Positions 60,892-64,000 of a stretch of 64,000 nt of DNA are shown here, in pieces. Under the pieces are notes generated by a model. It did not search any database. It worked only from the letters and a program-made list of their open reading frames with translations, and had not been told where the DNA came from. How positions within the stretch are numbered: the stretch's first letter is position 1; every line of letters begins with the position of its first letter. The position numbers were made by a program, and so were the translations under genes. The stretch is from Desulfosudaceae bacterium (lineage in GTDB: Bacteria; Desulfobacterota; Desulfobacteria; Desulfobacterales; Desulfosudaceae): assembly GCA_963674745.2 (NCBI GenBank), contig CAXXDV010000003.1, positions 2,656,853-2,720,852 on the forward strand, read 5' to 3'.

Positions 60892-61680
60892 TTAGGGGAC
60901 AGGGATTCTAATACCACCAGGCAATGGAAAATATTTTTCTAATAATTTCCTAGTTTCTTCCCCTGCTTCAATAAATTCTTTTTCCAGTGCTTTGACTGAT
61001 TCGCTTTGATTTTGACTATTTGATTCTTCTAATCTCAATCCATAAAAAATAAAGCCTTTTCTACCATAGTTTTCACCAGGATAAACCCTAATCGAAAATT
61101 CATTACCAAACATATCTTTCACGTTATAATCATCAGGTAAATCTTCGTGCGGTGTGTTAAAAAAGTCTCTTGAGTCACCCATGCTATAACACTTATCGGT
61201 GATCTGTTCTAAATATCTTTCAATCTGCGAATCATCATTATCCCAAAAACTTGGTGCTTTATGTGTAATTGGCTTTATTTCCCAAAGATAGTTTTTGTCC
61301 ATATCTCTAGAAATTATATCAGGTCTTCGCATTGATATAAAACCATATGTTTTTAATGGTCTATCGTATTGCAAATTATTATATTTAGTATTAACATCAT
61401 CAATATAATCCATGATTGCAGTATGGCTAACTGTCCCAAGAAAGCCGGTATAAAATTTGATAAAACGACCAACAGGGTTTAAATAGGAAGCGTTTGACTC
61501 AAGTTCAACTTCAAAAGGATAAGGATCAGCCATCAGGCCAAGAATATCAAAATAATTTATAGAATTATTTAAGGCAAAGGAATAAAGATTTCTACCCCCT
61601 CTTTCCCCCAACGGATCCCTACTCAACCACCTCCCCAATTCCGCCGAGTAGTATCTGTAACCAGATATTACAACGCGCAT
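60892..61680 (-). CDS. Rhs core C-terminus plus variable tip 2 (PD-(D/E)xK nuclease-like toxin)
   Basis: GYRYYSAELGRWLSRDPLGERGGRNLYSF..N.....DILGL; tip carries H...RPDII...WEIKP...QIERY. Confidence 0.85.
   Translation of the reverse strand: MRVVISGYRYYSAELGRWLSRDPLGERGGRNLYSFALNNSINYFDILGLMADPYPFEVELESNASYLNPVGRFIKFYTGFLGTVSHTAIMDYIDDVNTKYNNLQYDRPLKTYGFISMRRPDIISRDMDKNYLWEIKPITHKAPSFWDNDDSQIERYLEQITDKCYSMGDSRDFFNTPHEDLPDDYNVKDMFGNEFSIRVYPGENYGRKGFIFYGLRLEESNSQNQSESVKALEKEFIEAGEETRKLLEKYFPLPGGIRIPVP
61649..61680. other. Candidate recombination (att) site, copy 2
   Basis: Identical to 52401-52432; core TGTAA-CCAGATA-TTACA at 61656-61672. Confidence 0.7.
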
Positions 61681-61873
61681 CCCCCCTAAGAAGCTTGTTT
61701 TTTGACCCCCCTGGGTTTGCCTGTCAAAGAACGGATTGTTTTAAAAATTAGAACAATTTACCCAATAATGCAAGGATTGACGAAGAACCGGCAAAGGATT
61801 GACGGCAGTTAAAAAAGGAAAGGTTTCTTTCTTAACTGCCGTTCACGGCTTATGGTTCCGCACGTGGATTCCG

Positions 61874-62785
61874 TTATGAACCGGGATGATACTTCTTGTG
61901 GATTTCTTTTAAGTCGTTGATGGTAACGCGGGTGTATATCTGTGTGGATTCTAAAGATTCATGGCCAAGCATTTCTTGAAGATGGCGGATGGGAGCGCCG
62001 TTTTTTAGCATATGGGTGGCGCAGGTATGGCGGAACGTGTGGACGGTGATGTTTTGCCGGAGACCGGCCAGGTGGGCGCACTGCTTGATATTCTTCCAAA
62101 TGGTATGGGTTTTGATCTGGCCGCCCTTGTCGTTTAAAACAAGCCAGCCCATATCCTTGCCTTTCAGCAGTCCCGGCCGGATGCCAAGAATATAGGTGTT
62201 GATCAGTTCACAGACGTTTGTGCTTAACGGAACGACACGTTCCTTGTTGCCTTTGCCCAGCACCTTGACAAAGCCTGTCTCAAGTTCAAGGTCATACAGT
62301 TTGATATGGCTGAGTTCCGCTCTTCTGATGGCAGTATCATAAAGGATCTCTAACATGATCCGGTCCCGGTAGCCGCTGTTTGTCCGCATGTCCGGAGCGT
62401 TCATGATTTGCTTTATCTCCTGTCGGCTCATGATGGCCCTGGGCAGTCGCCGGGGCTCTTTGGGCAGCTTGATGCCTGATCCGGGATCGGATATAAGATA
62501 ATCTTTTTCTTTTAAGTACCGGGTAAACAGCATGACAGTGCTCAAACTTTTTGACTGGGTCCGGGCTGACAGGGGCGTTCCCTTGGCTGTTACGGTAAAG
62601 GCAAGTTCCTGCTGGTAGTCTTCCAGCACCTCCCGGCTGAGGTCTTCAATATTTGTAAGGCCGTTATCTTCAAGGTAACGGGCAAAACGGCGCAATATAA
62701 ACCGTGCTCCCCTGACCGTAAAGTATGACCGGCCCTGGGCCTGCATGTGGGTCAGGTATGCCGGGATAATAGTGTTTATGTTCAC
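61874..62785 (-). CDS. Xer-type tyrosine recombinase B, copy 2
   Basis: Protein identical to copy 1 except the last residue (S vs L). Confidence 0.92.
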   Translation of the reverse strand: MNINTIIPAYLTHMQAQGRSYFTVRGARFILRRFARYLEDNGLTNIEDLSREVLEDYQQELAFTVTAKGTPLSARTQSKSLSTVMLFTRYLKEKDYLISDPGSGIKLPKEPRRLPRAIMSRQEIKQIMNAPDMRTNSGYRDRIMLEILYDTAIRRAELSHIKLYDLELETGFVKVLGKGNKERVVPLSTNVCELINTYILGIRPGLLKGKDMGWLVLNDKGGQIKTHTIWKNIKQCAHLAGLRQNITVHTFRHTCATHMLKNGAPIRHLQEMLGHESLESTQIYTRVTINDLKEIHKKYHPGS

Positions 62786-63693
62786 GGTTCCTCCTGTGTG
62801 TTGGGGTGGGTTCTGGTGTGGGTGTCCTTGATCTCGACGGGCATGACTTTTGTATATTGCTGGGTGGTCTTTAAATACTTGTGGCCCAGCAGTTTCTGGA
62901 TATAGCGGATGTCCGCGCCCTGCTGAAGCATGTGGGTCGCGCATGATCGCCGGAACGCATGAAGCCCCACCGGCTCTTTTATCCCGGCTTTTCTGCGATA
63001 AGTATCAAGGCTTACGCGCAGGCTTCCCCAGGTCAGGGGACGGCCTTCAACCGTCAAAAACAGTTTTCTTTCCCTGGGGTTTCTTCGCGCGTGCTTTGGC
63101 CGGATGTGTTCAAGGTATTCTTTTAGATAGTGGACGGCGGATTTGCCCAGGGGAACAACACGTTGTCTTTTGCCTTTGCCTTTGCGGATATAAAGCACGT
63201 TGTCCCTTGTGTCCACGTCATATATATGCAGGTTTAAAAGTTCGTTTGACCGGATGCCGGTGGAGTACAGCACTTCCATGACGGCCCGATCCCGGATCTG
63301 GGCGTTTAAAGAAAGGTTTGGCTGATCAAAAAGGAGTTTGATTTCTTGTCTTGTTAACACCCGGCCGATGGTTCTTTTTTTGCGTCCGGTCTCCTTGATC
63401 CCTTCGGCCGGGTTGATTAAAAGCCGGTGGGTCTCTGTCAGATGTTCAAACAGCCGCTTGACAGCCCTGATCCTTATGGCCCTGGTCTCGGCGGCTTTGG
63501 GCAGCCCCATGACCTCCGCCTGGTACTCCTGCATGATCCGGTCATTAACCTGCCTGATGTCCGTTATTTCTATTTTGGTAAGAAAGGAAACAAAACATTT
63601 TAAGCCGTATTGATAAGCCTCTATCGTTTTAGGGGCATAGCCCCTGACTTTAAGATATTGCTTGAACTCCCCTACAACTACGACGACCTCCAT
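62782..63693 (-). CDS. Xer-type tyrosine recombinase A, copy 2
   Basis: Protein identical to 53508-54419. Confidence 0.92.
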   Translation of the reverse strand: MEVVVVVGEFKQYLKVRGYAPKTIEAYQYGLKCFVSFLTKIEITDIRQVNDRIMQEYQAEVMGLPKAAETRAIRIRAVKRLFEHLTETHRLLINPAEGIKETGRKKRTIGRVLTRQEIKLLFDQPNLSLNAQIRDRAVMEVLYSTGIRSNELLNLHIYDVDTRDNVLYIRKGKGKRQRVVPLGKSAVHYLKEYLEHIRPKHARRNPRERKLFLTVEGRPLTWGSLRVSLDTYRRKAGIKEPVGLHAFRRSCATHMLQQGADIRYIQKLLGHKYLKTTQQYTKVMPVEIKDTHTRTHPNTQEEP

Positions 63694-63733
63694 TTATACC
63701 CCCTCTCCCCCCCCGCTGTTTCTTGCTCCACAA

Positions 63734-63853
63734 CCTCGTAGTTGTTCGGCTTATGGTTTAACATCAATGCCTTAAGTGCCATTTTGCCGCCCCTCGTAGT
63801 TCCCTCGTAGTGGCTTTATTTACCCTCGTAGTTGCCCGGATTACCCTCGTAGT
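63734..63853. repeat. Five CCTCGTAGT direct repeats, copy 2
   Basis: Same as 54460-54579. Confidence 0.85.
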
Positions 63854-63856
63854 CCG

Positions 63857-64000
63857 CTATTTTTTCTCTTTCTTCATCAGCTTTTTGATTTCTTCTGTCG
63901 GGGTCAGATTCAAATAAAACCGGGTATTGTCCTCGCCCTGGCCCTTGTAGTTCAAGGCGTAAGCGTATTCCTTGCCGCGAGCCCCGAACCGGACCAGCAG
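63857..64000 (-). CDS. 3' end of primase-helicase, copy 2 (partial)
   Basis: Matches 54583-54726. Confidence 0.9.
   Translation of the reverse strand: MLVRFGARGKEYAYALNYKGQGEDNTRFYLNLTPTEEIKKLMKKEKK

Larger units (their letters stand above)
52401..61648 (-). mobile_element. Complete 9,248-bp unit of a primase/twin-Xer element carrying an Rhs tip and immunity cassette
   Basis: Bounded by directly repeated att-like sites at 52401 and 61649; encodes replication, recombination, regulatory, TA and toxin-immunity modules. Confidence 0.8.
61649..64000 (-). mobile_element. Second unit of the same element, running off the window
   Basis: Direct repeat of 52401-54726 (offset 9248-9274). Confidence 0.85.

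Noticed and set aside
52401..61648. Prophage or conjugative element
   Set aside because: No capsid, terminase, tail, relaxase or T4SS genes in the complete unit.
50532..61680. Integron with attC cassettes
   Set aside because: The recombinases are ~303-aa Xer-like proteins without an evident IntI insertion, each unit carries its own recombinases, and I found no RYYYAAC/GTTRRRY-bounded attC sites.
51614..61680. Diversity-generating retroelement or retron explaining the tip variation
   Set aside because: No reverse transcriptase is present, and the tips are non-homologous rather than adenine-mutated copies.
61649..64000. Duplication as an assembly artefact
   Set aside because: The copies differ by indels and substitutions near XerB and adjoin different cargo; long reads would still be needed to exclude it fully.

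Overview
Bacterial chromosomal window. Gene content (porCDAB, DUF3124, CdaA-CdaR fusion, KamA/ATP-grasp cluster, CFI-box protein) points to a Desulfobacterota (Desulfobacterales-like) anaerobe; this is an inference. Bases 1-46.8 kb are mostly metabolic and housekeeping genes: an acyl-CoA degradation operon under a double TetR, recC, modF, nadE, parCE, a four-subunit pyruvate:ferredoxin oxidoreductase and a fatty acyl-AMP ligase, with a few deletion/duplication scars. Bases 47-64 kb are an accessory island. Its highlight is a tandem array of a ~9.25-kb element encoding a CHC2-Toprim-P-loop primase/helicase, an iteron cluster and two intact Xer-type tyrosine recombinases. Each copy ends in an identical TGTAA-N7-TTACA site lying inside the conserved GYRYY codons of an Rhs core. 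The element end supplies the RBS, the ATG and six codons to a different AT-rich Rhs C-terminal tip plus partner gene in each copy. Each tip/partner pair is followed by a ~165-nt covarying multi-stem structure, and the complete unit also holds a CTXphi-attP-like folded double dif site. The arrangement reads as a replicating, site-specific Rhs toxin-tip exchange system. The mechanism is inferred from sequence only, family assignments are by eye, and I could not check whether it has been described before.
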